42,369 nt of DNA from a bacterium (GTDB lineage: Bacteria; Patescibacteriota; Microgenomatia; JAMCZE01): contig JAKBJL010000001.1 of the NCBI GenBank assembly GCA_021836035.1, positions 1 to 42,369 on the forward strand. The letters run 5' to 3'. How positions within the stretch are numbered: position 1 is the stretch's first letter; every line of letters starts with the position of its first letter. Below, piece after piece: positions 18,601 to 26,249 of the stretch. Made by a program: the position numbers and the translations under genes. Under the pieces are notes generated by a model. It made no database searches. It saw only the letters and a program-made list of their open reading frames with translations, and was not told the origin of the DNA.

Positions 18601-21389
18601 CCGATTCCTCGGCTATCCTTCTGGAGTGGTCCAATGACGGCAACACCACCCAAGCGACTGCCACTTCACCAACCGGGGCGCTAACTGCCGGCCAATGGAC
18701 CCATATTGTCGTCACCTACGACGCTTCCCGGTATTTAGACGGCAACAGCAACGTCTTAAAGCTTTATATCAACGGCGTTCAAAAAGCTCTGACCTTTACC
18801 GGCACGGTTCCCGCCTCTATCTATGCCACGACGGCCAACATGCGAGCCGGCGCCTCATCCGACAGTACCGCCGCCAGACTTTTTAACGGGATGATTGATG
18901 AACTTAAAATCTATACAGGAGCGTTAAATTCAGATGGGGTTAAGACGGAATACAACCACGGGGCAGCGATGGTGTTGGGGGCAAATACAACCGAGGGAAA
19001 TTATCTTGCCTATGATTCTTTTACCAGAAGTGACGGAGCTATCGGCCAAACAGAAAGCACAGACCCCAACGGCAAACCCCTTACTCCCCTAGCCTGGAGC
19101 TCTTCCGGCTCTACTTGGACAGTCTCTTCTAATGGAGCCATAAACACGCCAACCTTAGGAACGGATATTTTCCCCAACGGTAATATGGAATCCGGCAACC
19201 CCCCCACCGGTTGGACAGCATTAAACGGATGTACCTTAACTGCGGAAGCTGATAGAACTGGTTCCGGGACTCAATCCTTAGGGGTAGTGAGAGGAACTAG
19301 TAATTACTGTGCCAAACTTACTGCTACTCAAACAGTCGGTATTTGGTATCAGTTTTGGGGATGGGCTAAATCGGATTTAGCGGGACAATCTTTACTCCTT
19401 GAGACTGGCAGTGGCGTCCAGCCGCAGTATGGGTTTTATTCTCAATGTTGGCCTACTATAACTAGCTGGTATCGGTTTAAAGACGTTGTGGGCGTAGACA
19501 GTGTTCCAGCCATTGCCCGAGCTACAGGTACTACTCGAACATTCCAAATCGATTCTAACGATAGCTCAAAAAAGTACTTTGATGATTTGACTCTCCAACC
19601 GCTGGTAACTTCAGAGCTAATGACCAGTGTGTCTGCATCAAATACGGATGTCGATGCCAGCGCTAATGTAACGTTAAGTAATCGCAGCAGCGAGGTAGGT
19701 CTGGTTCTAAATTTAGATTCTGTAAGTAATCCTCAAAACTACGTCCTTGTTTACTTATCCTCAAATGCTGATAACACTATTAATGTAAACTTGGAAAAGG
19801 TAATCAATGGTATTTACACAACCGTTTGGAACGCCTACCCTTTACCTCTTAACGGTAATAATAACACTATCAACCATTCACTCTATCAAGCTGGATCGCC
19901 GCTCGAGGTCATTAAATCCGGTACCAACTATACTGTCTATTACAACAACAAATATATTGGAACAGCCACAATTTCCGATTCTCAAATAATTAATAATACC
20001 CGGTACGGCTTATTTAATACCTACTCTGGAAATAACTTAGATAATTTTTCTTTAATGACGGTTGGCAATGGCGGAGAAAATTCTTTACCGGGAAATTACT
20101 CTGGTAATCCAATTGCCCAATGGAAATTTGAGGAAGGTTCGGGAACAACCGTTAATGATTCAACCGGCAACAATAATACGGGGACAATTACACCGGGGAA
20201 CGGTTACTGGACACAGGGGAAAATAGGCAAGGGGTTCATGTTTGATGGTAGTACAAGCACAATAAATGCTGGCTCAGGGACGATTATCGATAATTTACCC
20301 TCTGGGGGTATGACTATCGAAGCGTGGATCTACCCACGCAGTATGGGGAAAAATAACGCTGGAGTAATTATGGCTAAAAATGTTGGGCCGACACCATCTT
20401 CCGGATGGCTTTTCCAGATGGCCGGAACAAATGCTCTAACTTTTAGAGTAAACGCTTACGATGGTTCTCCGAATACAGATATGATCCGAACCACAATTAA
20501 TGATGTTTTAACTCTTAATGCCTGGAACCATGTTGTTGTCACTTGGGCTAACCCTCATGGGATGTACGACGTGACGGTTTCCAATGTCCATATATATGTC
20601 AATGGTTTTGAGACATCTTATGCTACAAGCACCGATGGCAACCGCGTCAGAGCACCTGACGATTCATCAAATTTTTACATCGGTAATGATAGTACTTCAG
20701 CTAGCACCTTTGACGGCAAGATTGACCAGGTCACAATTTTTAACTACGCCCGGACTCCCGCCCAGATTGCCTGGGACTATAACCGCGGCGGGCCGGTTGG
20801 GTATTGGAAATTTAACGAATGTACGGGAACGACTCTGCACGACAGCGCTTCGGCTACCAATTCGGCCACTATTACCCCCGGCTCGGCCGGAGTCGGAACC
20901 TGTACCGACGGAACCGGTACGACCTTCTGGAATAAGGGAGCAACGGGAAAATACGGGGCTTCGGGATATTTTGATGGTTCGGCTACGCTTGCTACAGTCG
21001 CGGCACCTATCAATAATGTCTATGCCGTTTCTTTCTGGGCAAAAGCTACTACCGCCGCCCAGTCTTATCTGCAGTTAAATCCCGGGGTCTATATTACTTC
21101 CGACGCAAATGGCACCGTTAGCGCTACCGGTTTCTCCTCCCCATCCGTCTATGTCAACGGGAAACTGAACGGGACAGTAACCGCCGGTTCCTGGAACCAT
21201 ATCCTGGTAACTTCCGCTACTTCTCTTTCCGCTTCAGCTATTAAGTTTGGGATTCAAAATTCCATCTACTATACGGGCCAAATAGATGAAGTCAAAATCT
21301 GGAACTATGCCCTGACTTCGGTTCAAGTGAAACTGGATTACAACCAAGCATCGGCAATCAGGTTTGGACCATTAACCGGTGCACCATGA
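12669..21389 (+). CDS. Giant secreted multi-LamG protein, paralogue of 4822-12330, with a distinct C-terminal third including extra CBM-like/lectin-like domains
   Basis: 2906-aa ORF. Its own N-terminal hydrophobic segment, then identical to the paralogue for about 1790 aa. Divergent LamG6-7 plus a PNGNMESG-type CBM-like insert. Similar final LamG domain. Confidence 0.88.
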   Translation: MKSTYFKLIKNFNPFDKLKVILSLSKDKSKISNYLKVGLALLLVGLGVFIYWTKLASPVKAVPWPSHMSDWGKRKQITLVNNSGQTLNPNTTYQVNIDTRGLSNIPNDLQRNCDDLRVVYQPSSTQAVELSRSLALASGASDCSNSSSTIVSFPLQAAITNGSSDANYYIYYSNHNAVSPNGTNGEVGPALSAYDTTPGAASFVAPFNGTTQALASGSGTPTTATGAIRYSGGKSAVNFSTSLIAIGIRTTGFNANTGTLTIWVNNRANNEAILRGLFGHTSSSSNRIYVYKDTDNVLKVILGGGNMMTTSWAFDTNTWHQISLTWNNGTAFAYVDGSQVGTVSYSDLTAFGPTAQIGNDFCGHGWNGLIAETAIYNRALSSTEIISAYNSSKKGTPLVRNSSIVGLYHFDENGNDPRSANTAYDDSGNGNNGTCYNGGWVVTPCVYISGLVGVDGTKDNGLANSQSYASHQGVFIEEGTTNKITNPSFENSAFDTNWSTSSSTIASAGTIADSTGLGFQNHLIYATNSAQWWFFYIDSASLNQLKSRYSTDLINWNSGTTLTLVNNSDADNRDFSVAYKNINNTDVIQVGTSYRLANGNVQHYHVRGTISGPTLTWGTESQLSLTNPGSWGSYVVPDGPATIFDSNNYIWDATDFWCENESNCAGSNTGNAYIARSTNADAGSSWTAGFNAKTSLTGVNYFIHSRFLASLGSGNLIHLFDNGQSSSTFTNIVSYKYTGSWTTPGNILFGDLSVAQDTHDWSAVARTATDVHVVVRTGANTFSHRRYNGSSWSDGASIPAQNTKAGAGLFMATDGTDVWLFAIDSDSANTVRYSRWSSGSNTWSTWSALESSTQTRIALSGNSQVTNNTIAVMWSQTNGSNYDIVSKALSTSSGETAVNTTYPYYKFGSQSVKIVAPSGAGINYTTSINPGDTNTQTFSAYVYDGTTGNVGGTVSSSIAELIFNDTAVTTTYADAGGGWWRLTYSAAGVNAAGNYGLEIEGSKTIYIDGVQLEEKAYATTYADGSLGTGYAWTGTANNSTSTRTMATLEYSSTSNIKDTVGTVSFWIKPTYASSSEIIDKVFLAQGNDNWFEIQLNTGANANRIGIQGLSFSWMQFSATWAANSWNHLVLIYTNGSTPRIYFNGSALTCTLDCSTTYTSTGVFGNRIAFHGFDNSVVLSKTMSDLRIFDRVLTATQVSQLYYTGLGSHSEAAPVNRFANAEDPVVYYKMDEGTGTTLNNSAPNIETNGSNLANSSYTATLSGTVNLPAWQTPDMCVSGDCLYFEGSNAYAGLNNSTPSAIQSLSLWAKPASSSGTIPLISFSGSANVSLSGSTLQSTGLNSPTYYVNGKIGTTLTANQWNHIEITQSSSITPTALTLGTIDSVTFFKGFLDEVKFYNYARSADQVKNDYNRGATKIGQTSADPLNKGLVGYWKMDEATWSGQLNEVKDSSGNGNDGTAQGATGGKAYPGAGKFGNGGVFDGVDDGVLLPNVKYSTYANDFSICMWINPKSYPDQAFLLSWNNGSVSPYYSLLLRLSWNGTIQLLAYDGTNYRFTSGSAVPLNIWSHVCTTVALNKQVAIYINAVSNTPQSAGNHIIAANPNAYDQTNIGYYPGQGVGVKTSLDELRIYNRALSPAEVRQLYNFAPGPVGWWKFDEGSGVTVSDSSGNGNTGTWAGTGNHWINGKFGKAGSFNGVDDQVSITANTNSPFDFTTALTFEAWANPKAVPSNRNTIIKKYGSNGYSLDSSSSNNIFRCYMSGLTPTELSAPSAISLNTWTHITCTYDGVSRKMFLNGVLVANDSPTGIMDVNNTPLAIGNSSVYSGPGYGFNGSIDDVKIYNYARTPDQILEDMQGRAAVISSTAVGIRTPADYWKFDEGQGITAHSSGTQNTNGTLTNMASPATGVSGWQQTGKYGKALAFNGTNNYVDFGDMTYLENTGTMSASLWVKPNALGTQRCLLCKYQNSAAAGKRSFGIETGSSDSSAILLEWSNDGNTTQATATSPTGALTAGQWTHIVVTYDASRYLDGNSNVLKLYINGVQKALTFTGTVPASIYATTANMRAGASSDSTAARLFNGMIDELKIYTGALNSDGVKTEYNHGAAMVLGANTTEGNYLAYDSFTRSDGAIGQTESTDPNGKPLTPLAWSSSGSTWTVSSNGAINTPTLGTDIFPNGNMESGNPPTGWTALNGCTLTAEADRTGSGTQSLGVVRGTSNYCAKLTATQTVGIWYQFWGWAKSDLAGQSLLLETGSGVQPQYGFYSQCWPTITSWYRFKDVVGVDSVPAIARATGTTRTFQIDSNDSSKKYFDDLTLQPLVTSELMTSVSASNTDVDASANVTLSNRSSEVGLVLNLDSVSNPQNYVLVYLSSNADNTINVNLEKVINGIYTTVWNAYPLPLNGNNNTINHSLYQAGSPLEVIKSGTNYTVYYNNKYIGTATISDSQIINNTRYGLFNTYSGNNLDNFSLMTVGNGGENSLPGNYSGNPIAQWKFEEGSGTTVNDSTGNNNTGTITPGNGYWTQGKIGKGFMFDGSTSTINAGSGTIIDNLPSGGMTIEAWIYPRSMGKNNAGVIMAKNVGPTPSSGWLFQMAGTNALTFRVNAYDGSPNTDMIRTTINDVLTLNAWNHVVVTWANPHGMYDVTVSNVHIYVNGFETSYATSTDGNRVRAPDDSSNFYIGNDSTSASTFDGKIDQVTIFNYARTPAQIAWDYNRGGPVGYWKFNECTGTTLHDSASATNSATITPGSAGVGTCTDGTGTTFWNKGATGKYGASGYFDGSATLATVAAPINNVYAVSFWAKATTAAQSYLQLNPGVYITSDANGTVSATGFSSPSVYVNGKLNGTVTAGSWNHILVTSATSLSASAIKFGIQNSIYYTGQIDEVKIWNYALTSVQVKLDYNQASAIRFGPLTGAP
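12711..12745. repeat. REP-like palindrome within the 5' end of the CDS
   Basis: TTCGATAAACTCAAG-GTTAT-CTTGAGCCTGTCGAA forms a 15-bp stem with 12 Watson-Crick pairs, 1 G-U pair and 2 mismatches. Confidence 0.7.
12826..18205 (+). repeat. 5,380-bp direct repeat, copy 2
   Basis: Matches 4943-10322. Confidence 0.93.
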
Positions 21390-21433
21390 ACAAACTGATA
21401 TTTTTTCATCTATTCACTCCGATTTTATCGTGG

Positions 21434-21454
21434 TTTGCTATTTGCTATTTGCTA
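21434..21454. repeat. Tandem heptamer (TTTGCTA)x3
   Basis: Three exact copies ending 1 bp before the IS3 end. Confidence 0.85.
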
Positions 21455-21455
21455 C

Positions 21456-22624
21456 TGTCAAGTACCCGGTTTGCTAGACAAACATTCAAGTTGTCTTTGT
21501 CCGTAACTTCGCCGGAACTTGGCTGGGGAAGTTTTTAGAGAGCGGTGAATCTTTCCTGGTTGTAGTAATTTATCGTTTGGTGAATGGCCTCAATGAGTTC
21601 TCCAACAGAGTTAAACCGGTCAAATTCCAAGCCTAAATCAGTTTTGAAATTATTAAAGAAAGATTCCTGGTAACCGTTTTCCCAGGGAGAACTCTTTTTA
21701 CTCATGGAGATTTGAATACCTAGAGACCCGGCTAGTTTTAGGTACCCCCGGCTGGCGTATTCTGCTCCCTGATCGGAGTGGATAATCTGGGGAGAATGGC
21801 CTGTATTTATCGCCGCGTCGATTAAAGCGTTACCAACTGGCTCTGTGGTGTGCTTTGCTGCTATGTCCCAACCGATAATTTCCCAGGTAAACAGATCCAT
21901 TAAAGTGGCCAGGTACCGATACTTATCTTTATATTTTGAGTAGGTAAAGTCCGAAACATACACCAGCCCCGGTCTTATCGGCCAACTATTTTTGATCAGA
22001 TTGGCAAACTTTTCCGGCGGCCGTCTTTCGTCCCGGCGTTTCCTCCATCGAGCCAGTCTTTTGTATGGTTTAACCCCGAACTTTTTCATCACCCGACGGA
22101 CAGACCGCTTTCCCACGCCTAAAGCAAGAGCGATTCGACGATGTCCATAGCTGGGATTAGCGGAAAGGACCTGGAGAATCTTTTCCCGAAGAATCTCGTC
22201 CCGGTCAAGGATCTTGTTATCCTGCCGGTACAAACCAGCCCGGGACAGACCTAAAACTGAAGCGACTAACGATCGGCTGATTCCGGCGACCTTTTCCAGG
22301 TTTAGCTCCTTAACGGCCGTTCTTTTTTTTGTTTTCTCTACCTCAAGGCTTAAAACCCCGATAATTTGTTTAAGCTGCTCGTTTTCCTTTTTTACCCGGT
22401 TATATTCCAAAAGAGAAACAGTTCCCAGAGCTTTACCTTTAAGCCAGGCATAAATTGACCGGTAGGAAACCCCATACTGTTTGGCAAGAACGATGACCGG
22501 TGTTCCGGATTTAACTTTTGCCAGAATTTCTGCCTTAACTTCTGAGGCAACATTGGTGTATTGGTCTCCTTCTAAAGATTCGTTAATTACTTGAATCTTT
22601 GTCTATTTTACCGGAGACCTGTCA
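21456..22624 (-). mobile_element. IS3-family insertion sequence (about 1.17 kb)
   Basis: TG...CA termini. 36-bp imperfect terminal inverted repeats at 21456-21491 and 22589-22624 (27/36 match). Encloses a DDE transposase. No clear target-site duplication. Confidence 0.88.
21458..22560 (-). pseudogene. IS3 transposase (OrfA and OrfB in one frame), damaged
   Basis: HTH segment (LAKQYGVSYRSIYAW) is in frame upstream of the called ORF, but no canonical in-frame start follows the AGGAG at 22566-22570. DDE motifs SDFTY, HSDQGAEY, WENGYQESF. A 1-bp loss near 21550 turns YNQERIHRSL...TGA(21458) into YNQERFTAL*. Confidence 0.82.
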
Positions 22625-22691
22625 CTTCGTAGTCCCTGCCAGTTAACAAGCCAGAATGGGACGGATCCACTGATATCTGACGAATTGTTTG

Positions 22692-22725
22692 GATTCCGGC
22701 ATAAGTTTTGACATATGCCCGAATC
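22692..22725. promoter_or_regulatory. Palindrome, possible operator, upstream of the MerR-like gene
   Basis: GATTCCGGCATA-N10-TATGCCCGAATC (11/12 complementary), with TTGACA in the spacer. Confidence 0.35.
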
Positions 22726-22777
22726 ATATTCCTTAGAAGAAAAGTGCAAAATGCCCTTGCACATTATATTCTCCCTC

Positions 22778-22806
22778 TTGACAACCGTTTAATTTCCTTC
22801 TAATTT
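22778..22806 (+). promoter_or_regulatory. Putative sigma70 promoter
   Basis: TTGACA-17 bp-TAATTT, 38 bp upstream of ATG 22845. Confidence 0.45.
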
Positions 22807-22844
22807 AGAGTATAGTAATTTCTCTTGATAAGAAAATCAGGCTA

Positions 22845-23408
22845 ATGGGTAAGTTACTTGCGATCAGCGAACTCATCGAATTAGCAAAATTGCGCGGCAT
22901 CGACTTCGGCCCCGGCAATCCCCGAACCCATTTGGCTTATTTAACGGAAATCGGCCTGCTCCCCCCTGCTATCCGGCGCAAATCCGCCCAGGGCGGGCTA
23001 GAAGGACATTATACTGACGAAACTTTAGGAACTCTCGAGAAAATCGAAACCCTCAAAAAACAAGGACTTAGTTACGCGGATATAACGAAGCGTCTGGGGG
23101 CTAGCGACGAGCGGCTAAAAAAAACATTTTCGCCTACTTACTCTGCTAGCCCCTTGCCCTTGACTGCCAGTCCCTATATATTCTTAATCATTGGCCTGCT
23201 CCTCGGTTTTTTACTGGGTAAAGGCGACTTTAACACTCCCGGGGTTTCTCAGGCGACGGTAACTGACAGCAAGGCCGGCGGCCTAACAGCCATTGTCGTT
23301 CCCCAGGAAGCGATCACCCCTTCCGGCGGAAGTTACCTTATTTCCCTCCCCGACGATAATTTGAAGGTTAAAAATTTATATAAAATAGAAGGAATACAAA
23401 TAAAATAA
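22845..23408 (+). CDS. MerR-like HTH protein with one transmembrane helix
   Basis: ISELIELAK...LAYLTEIGLLPPAIRR...GHYTDETLGTLEKIETLKKQGLSYADI is MerR-like. Hydrophobic segment YIFLIIGLLLGFLLG follows. Confidence 0.75.
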   Translation: MGKLLAISELIELAKLRGIDFGPGNPRTHLAYLTEIGLLPPAIRRKSAQGGLEGHYTDETLGTLEKIETLKKQGLSYADITKRLGASDERLKKTFSPTYSASPLPLTASPYIFLIIGLLLGFLLGKGDFNTPGVSQATVTDSKAGGLTAIVVPQEAITPSGGSYLISLPDDNLKVKNLYKIEGIQIK

Positions 23409-23489
23409 GCGGATAGCGGAAAGCGTATAGCGTATAGACCGCGAAAGGAAGGAAACTTTCTTTACGCTATCCGCTAAACGCGTTACACT
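23408..23489. repeat. Heptamer-periodic inverted repeat (hairpin)
   Basis: AGCGGAT AGCGGAA AGCGTAT AGCGTAT ... TACGCT ATCCGCT AAACGCG. 23408-23418 is perfectly complementary to 23465-23475. Confidence 0.75.
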
Positions 23490-23495
23490 AAAAAA

Positions 23496-25619
23496 ATGGA
23501 CGAACCAACTATTACTATCAGCCAGGAGAAAGTAAACACCGTTTTAGACAAGGTTTTGCGCTTCGGCCTACTGGCCGTCGTTTTCCTCCTGCCTCTGGTT
23601 ATGGCTCCGGTAACCAGCGATTGGTTTGAGATGAATAAGCAGCTCTTTTTAACCGTTTCTGTTTCACTTTTGTCTGCAATATATGTTTTACGCGCTCTGA
23701 TAACCCGCCGCTTTTCTCTTAGCAGGTCAATCTTTGATCTGCCAATCGTTCTTCTGACTCTTGTCACTCTTATCTCTAATCTGCTAACACCAAATAGATT
23801 GCTTGACCTGACAACCCAGGCAGTTCCGGCGCTAACCCTTTTCCTCCTCTTCTTCTTAATTGCTAATAATTTCTCTACAGAAGATGATGTCCGCAGCCTG
23901 TTAATAACCCTGGTAGCAGCGGCCGCCCTGGTATCCGTCTTTCCTATTCTCCAGTTTTTCGTATACTTGGCCGGCCGGCTGCCCTCGCCTTCCTTAAACC
24001 AGGCAATCAGCGGCTTAACCACCCAATTTCCCTTCTTTTTGCCGACGTTTTCTCTGACAGGAACCCTTTTTACCCAGGCTTTCTTCCTGGTGATTCTCCT
24101 TCCCCTGGTTCTCGGTCTTATTTATCAAGCCAGAAAAAATAACAGCGCTGCTGCGGTCGCCAATTATTCCGTTCTCCTCGCCCTGCTCTCTGTAGCCCTG
24201 CTCTCGACCCTCTACCAACTGTTTATTAACCGTCCGGTTTTCCTGGACCTCGAGAGCAGTTGGAAAATTGCCACCGGCAGCATCGGCCAAAGCCTTCTGA
24301 CAGCCTTCTTCGGTATGGGACCCGGTAATTACGTGGACGCTTTTTCCGCCTACCGGCCGGTTAATTTAAATATGACGCCTTTTTGGAGTTTGCGCTTCGG
24401 CGCCGCCGCCGATTACTATTTGTTTTTATTAACCGGCCTGGGAATTGCCGGTCTGGCCGCCTTTTTGCTTTTGGTCCAAAAGGTTTTCCGAGCGGTCAAA
24501 ATCCGCGCCTTGGGCGGCTCCGCTTCTCCGGAGGAAACCGGCCTTCTCGCTTCTCTTTCTCTTGTTCTGGTACTTATGCTCGTCTTTCCCGCCCCCTCCC
24601 TTATCCTATTTATGCTCTTCGTTCTTTTGGCAGCTCTCGCGGTTTACTATAAAAGCCGGGGGGCTGGCGCTTTTGCCGGAGATTACGACTGGCTTACAAA
24701 AGTTCCGGCCCCGGCCACCTACCTTGCCGCACTCATCCTCTTGGCTCTGGCCGGTGCCCTAATCTACGCGGGCGGCCGGGTTTATCTTGCCGACTATTAT
24801 TTTGCGCAAGCTGCCAAAGCGGCCCAAAACAACCAGGGTACCCAAACTTACAATCTCCAAATTAAAGCCTTGGAGCTTAATCCCTGGAACGACGCTTACC
24901 GGGTCGCCTATTCCCAAACCAATCTGGCCCTGGCCGATTCCCTGGCGGGGCAAATAGCGAGCCCCAGCAGCGGTACCGACCAGCAAAAAGCTACCATTAT
25001 TCAATTGGTCCAGCAAGCGATCCGCGAAGGGCGCAACGCCGTAGCTTTAAATCCCCGCCGCTCCACCAACTGGGAAAATCTGGGAGCGATTTACCGTAAC
25101 CTGATTAATTTTGCCCAGGGCGCCGACCAATGGGCCATTGCTTCCCTAAATCAGGCGATTGTTGCCGATCCCAATAACCCCCGATTGCGTTTGGAATTAG
25201 GCAACATATATTTTGCTTTGGGCAATTATCAGGGCGCAGCCCAGGCTTTTGCCGCCGCCGTCAATCTCAAACCGGATTATGTCGCCGCCCATTACAGCCT
25301 GGCCCAGGCGGCGAAACTCGCCAATGATAATAATTTGGCGGTTCAGGAGCTGACCACAATAACCAGTTTGATTTGTAACACCGGTGCGCCTACGGCAGAC
25401 TGCCAAAAGGTCCGGGGGGAATTGGCCGATTTACAAAAACCCGCCGCAGCCGCCCCGGCACCAACTCCGACCCCCGCTGCTCCGCCCACCGAACAGGTCG
25501 CTACTCCCGGCGGCGCGCCCAGTAATTTGCCTAAGGCGAAAACCCAACCCCCGGCCGTGATCTCTTCCCCTTCCGGGGAGCTAAGACAGCTAGCGCCGAC
25601 AGTAACACCGGCTCCATAA
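23496..25619 (+). CDS. O-antigen-ligase-like polytopic membrane protein with C-terminal TPRs and a Pro/Ala-rich tail
   Basis: About 12 hydrophobic segments. FEMNKQ and FFGMGPGNY motifs. TPR patterns (ALELNPWN, AVALNPRR, AIVADPNNP, AVNLKPDY). Confidence 0.78.
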   Translation: MDEPTITISQEKVNTVLDKVLRFGLLAVVFLLPLVMAPVTSDWFEMNKQLFLTVSVSLLSAIYVLRALITRRFSLSRSIFDLPIVLLTLVTLISNLLTPNRLLDLTTQAVPALTLFLLFFLIANNFSTEDDVRSLLITLVAAAALVSVFPILQFFVYLAGRLPSPSLNQAISGLTTQFPFFLPTFSLTGTLFTQAFFLVILLPLVLGLIYQARKNNSAAAVANYSVLLALLSVALLSTLYQLFINRPVFLDLESSWKIATGSIGQSLLTAFFGMGPGNYVDAFSAYRPVNLNMTPFWSLRFGAAADYYLFLLTGLGIAGLAAFLLLVQKVFRAVKIRALGGSASPEETGLLASLSLVLVLMLVFPAPSLILFMLFVLLAALAVYYKSRGAGAFAGDYDWLTKVPAPATYLAALILLALAGALIYAGGRVYLADYYFAQAAKAAQNNQGTQTYNLQIKALELNPWNDAYRVAYSQTNLALADSLAGQIASPSSGTDQQKATIIQLVQQAIREGRNAVALNPRRSTNWENLGAIYRNLINFAQGADQWAIASLNQAIVADPNNPRLRLELGNIYFALGNYQGAAQAFAAAVNLKPDYVAAHYSLAQAAKLANDNNLAVQELTTITSLICNTGAPTADCQKVRGELADLQKPAAAAPAPTPTPAAPPTEQVATPGGAPSNLPKAKTQPPAVISSPSGELRQLAPTVTPAP

Positions 25620-25620
25620 A

Positions 25621-25694
25621 AGTGAAAAGCGCATAGCGTATATAAGATTCTTTTCTAATTCTTATTTCTTTCTAAACGCTAACCGCGATACGCT
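25621..25694. repeat. Heptamer-periodic inverted repeat
   Basis: AGTGAAA AGCGCAT AGCGTAT ... AAACGCT AACCGCG ATACGCT, the same unit family as 23408-23489. Confidence 0.65.
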
Positions 25695-25708
25695 CTTTAT
25701 TTATTTTA

Positions 25709-25737
25709 TTGATTTTATTAACTTTATTAGATATAAT
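25709..25737 (+). promoter_or_regulatory. Sigma70 promoter for the zinc-ribbon gene
   Basis: TTGATT-17 bp-TATAAT. Strong RBS GGAGGTG at 25819-25825. Confidence 0.65.
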
Positions 25738-25835
25738 GTCTTCGGTTTACAGGGTCCCTTGGTTTGCTTCATTTCTAGCATCCATTTGGAAGTCCCGAGG
25801 AACTAATCAAAAAAGAGCGGAGGTGAAATTTCCGA

Positions 25836-26165
25836 ATGGATGACAATTCCCAATTCAGCGATCAGACGTTAACTTGTCGTGATTGCGGCAACAGCTTCGT
25901 CTGGACCGCTTCCGAACAAAAGTTTTACGCCGATAAAGGCTTTCAAAACTCTCCGGTTCGTTGCCCTTCCTGCCGCGCTTTAAAAAAGCAGCAAACAGGT
26001 AATGGCGGCGGGTACAGTCGCGGCGGAGGCTATGCCAATGCCGGTCCCCGGCAGATGTTTGACGTAACTTGCAGCAAATGCGGCAAGCCGGCACAGGTCC
26101 CCTTTCAACCGAGAGGTGACCGCCCGGTCTATTGCAACGATTGCTACAAAAGCATGAGAGCGTAA
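25836..26165 (+). CDS. Zinc-ribbon protein (zf-trcl-like plus CxxC-x17-CxxC domain)
   Basis: CRDC...EQKFYADKGFQNSPVRCPSC, Gly-rich linker, RQMFDVTCSKCG...VPFQPRGDRPVYCNDC. Confidence 0.9.
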   Translation: MDDNSQFSDQTLTCRDCGNSFVWTASEQKFYADKGFQNSPVRCPSCRALKKQQTGNGGGYSRGGGYANAGPRQMFDVTCSKCGKPAQVPFQPRGDRPVYCNDCYKSMRA

Positions 26166-26176
26166 ACCGAAACGAC

Positions 26177-26249
26177 TAAGCTTATAGCTAATAGCAAATG
26201 ACTCGGGGCTTCTAAGGCTTCGAGTTTGAAGCTATTAGCTATTTGCTAT
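26177..26249. terminator. Probable bidirectional terminator hairpin extended by heptamer arms
   Basis: Lies between convergent genes. Inner stem ACTCGGGGC...GCTTCGAGT (26201-26225). Outer ATAGCTAATAGC (26184-26195) is perfectly complementary to GCTATTAGCTAT (26231-26242). Confidence 0.65.

Noticed and set aside
4452-21389. Diversity-generating retroelement (Avd-like genes next to lectin-domain genes with similar 3' ends)
   Set aside because: No reverse transcriptase in the window. Differences between the paralogous 3' ends are mostly synonymous and involve all bases rather than being adenine-specific. No TR/VR pair seen.
4943-21389. Invertase-driven shufflon
   Set aside because: All large repeats are in direct orientation and no site-specific recombinase is present in the window.
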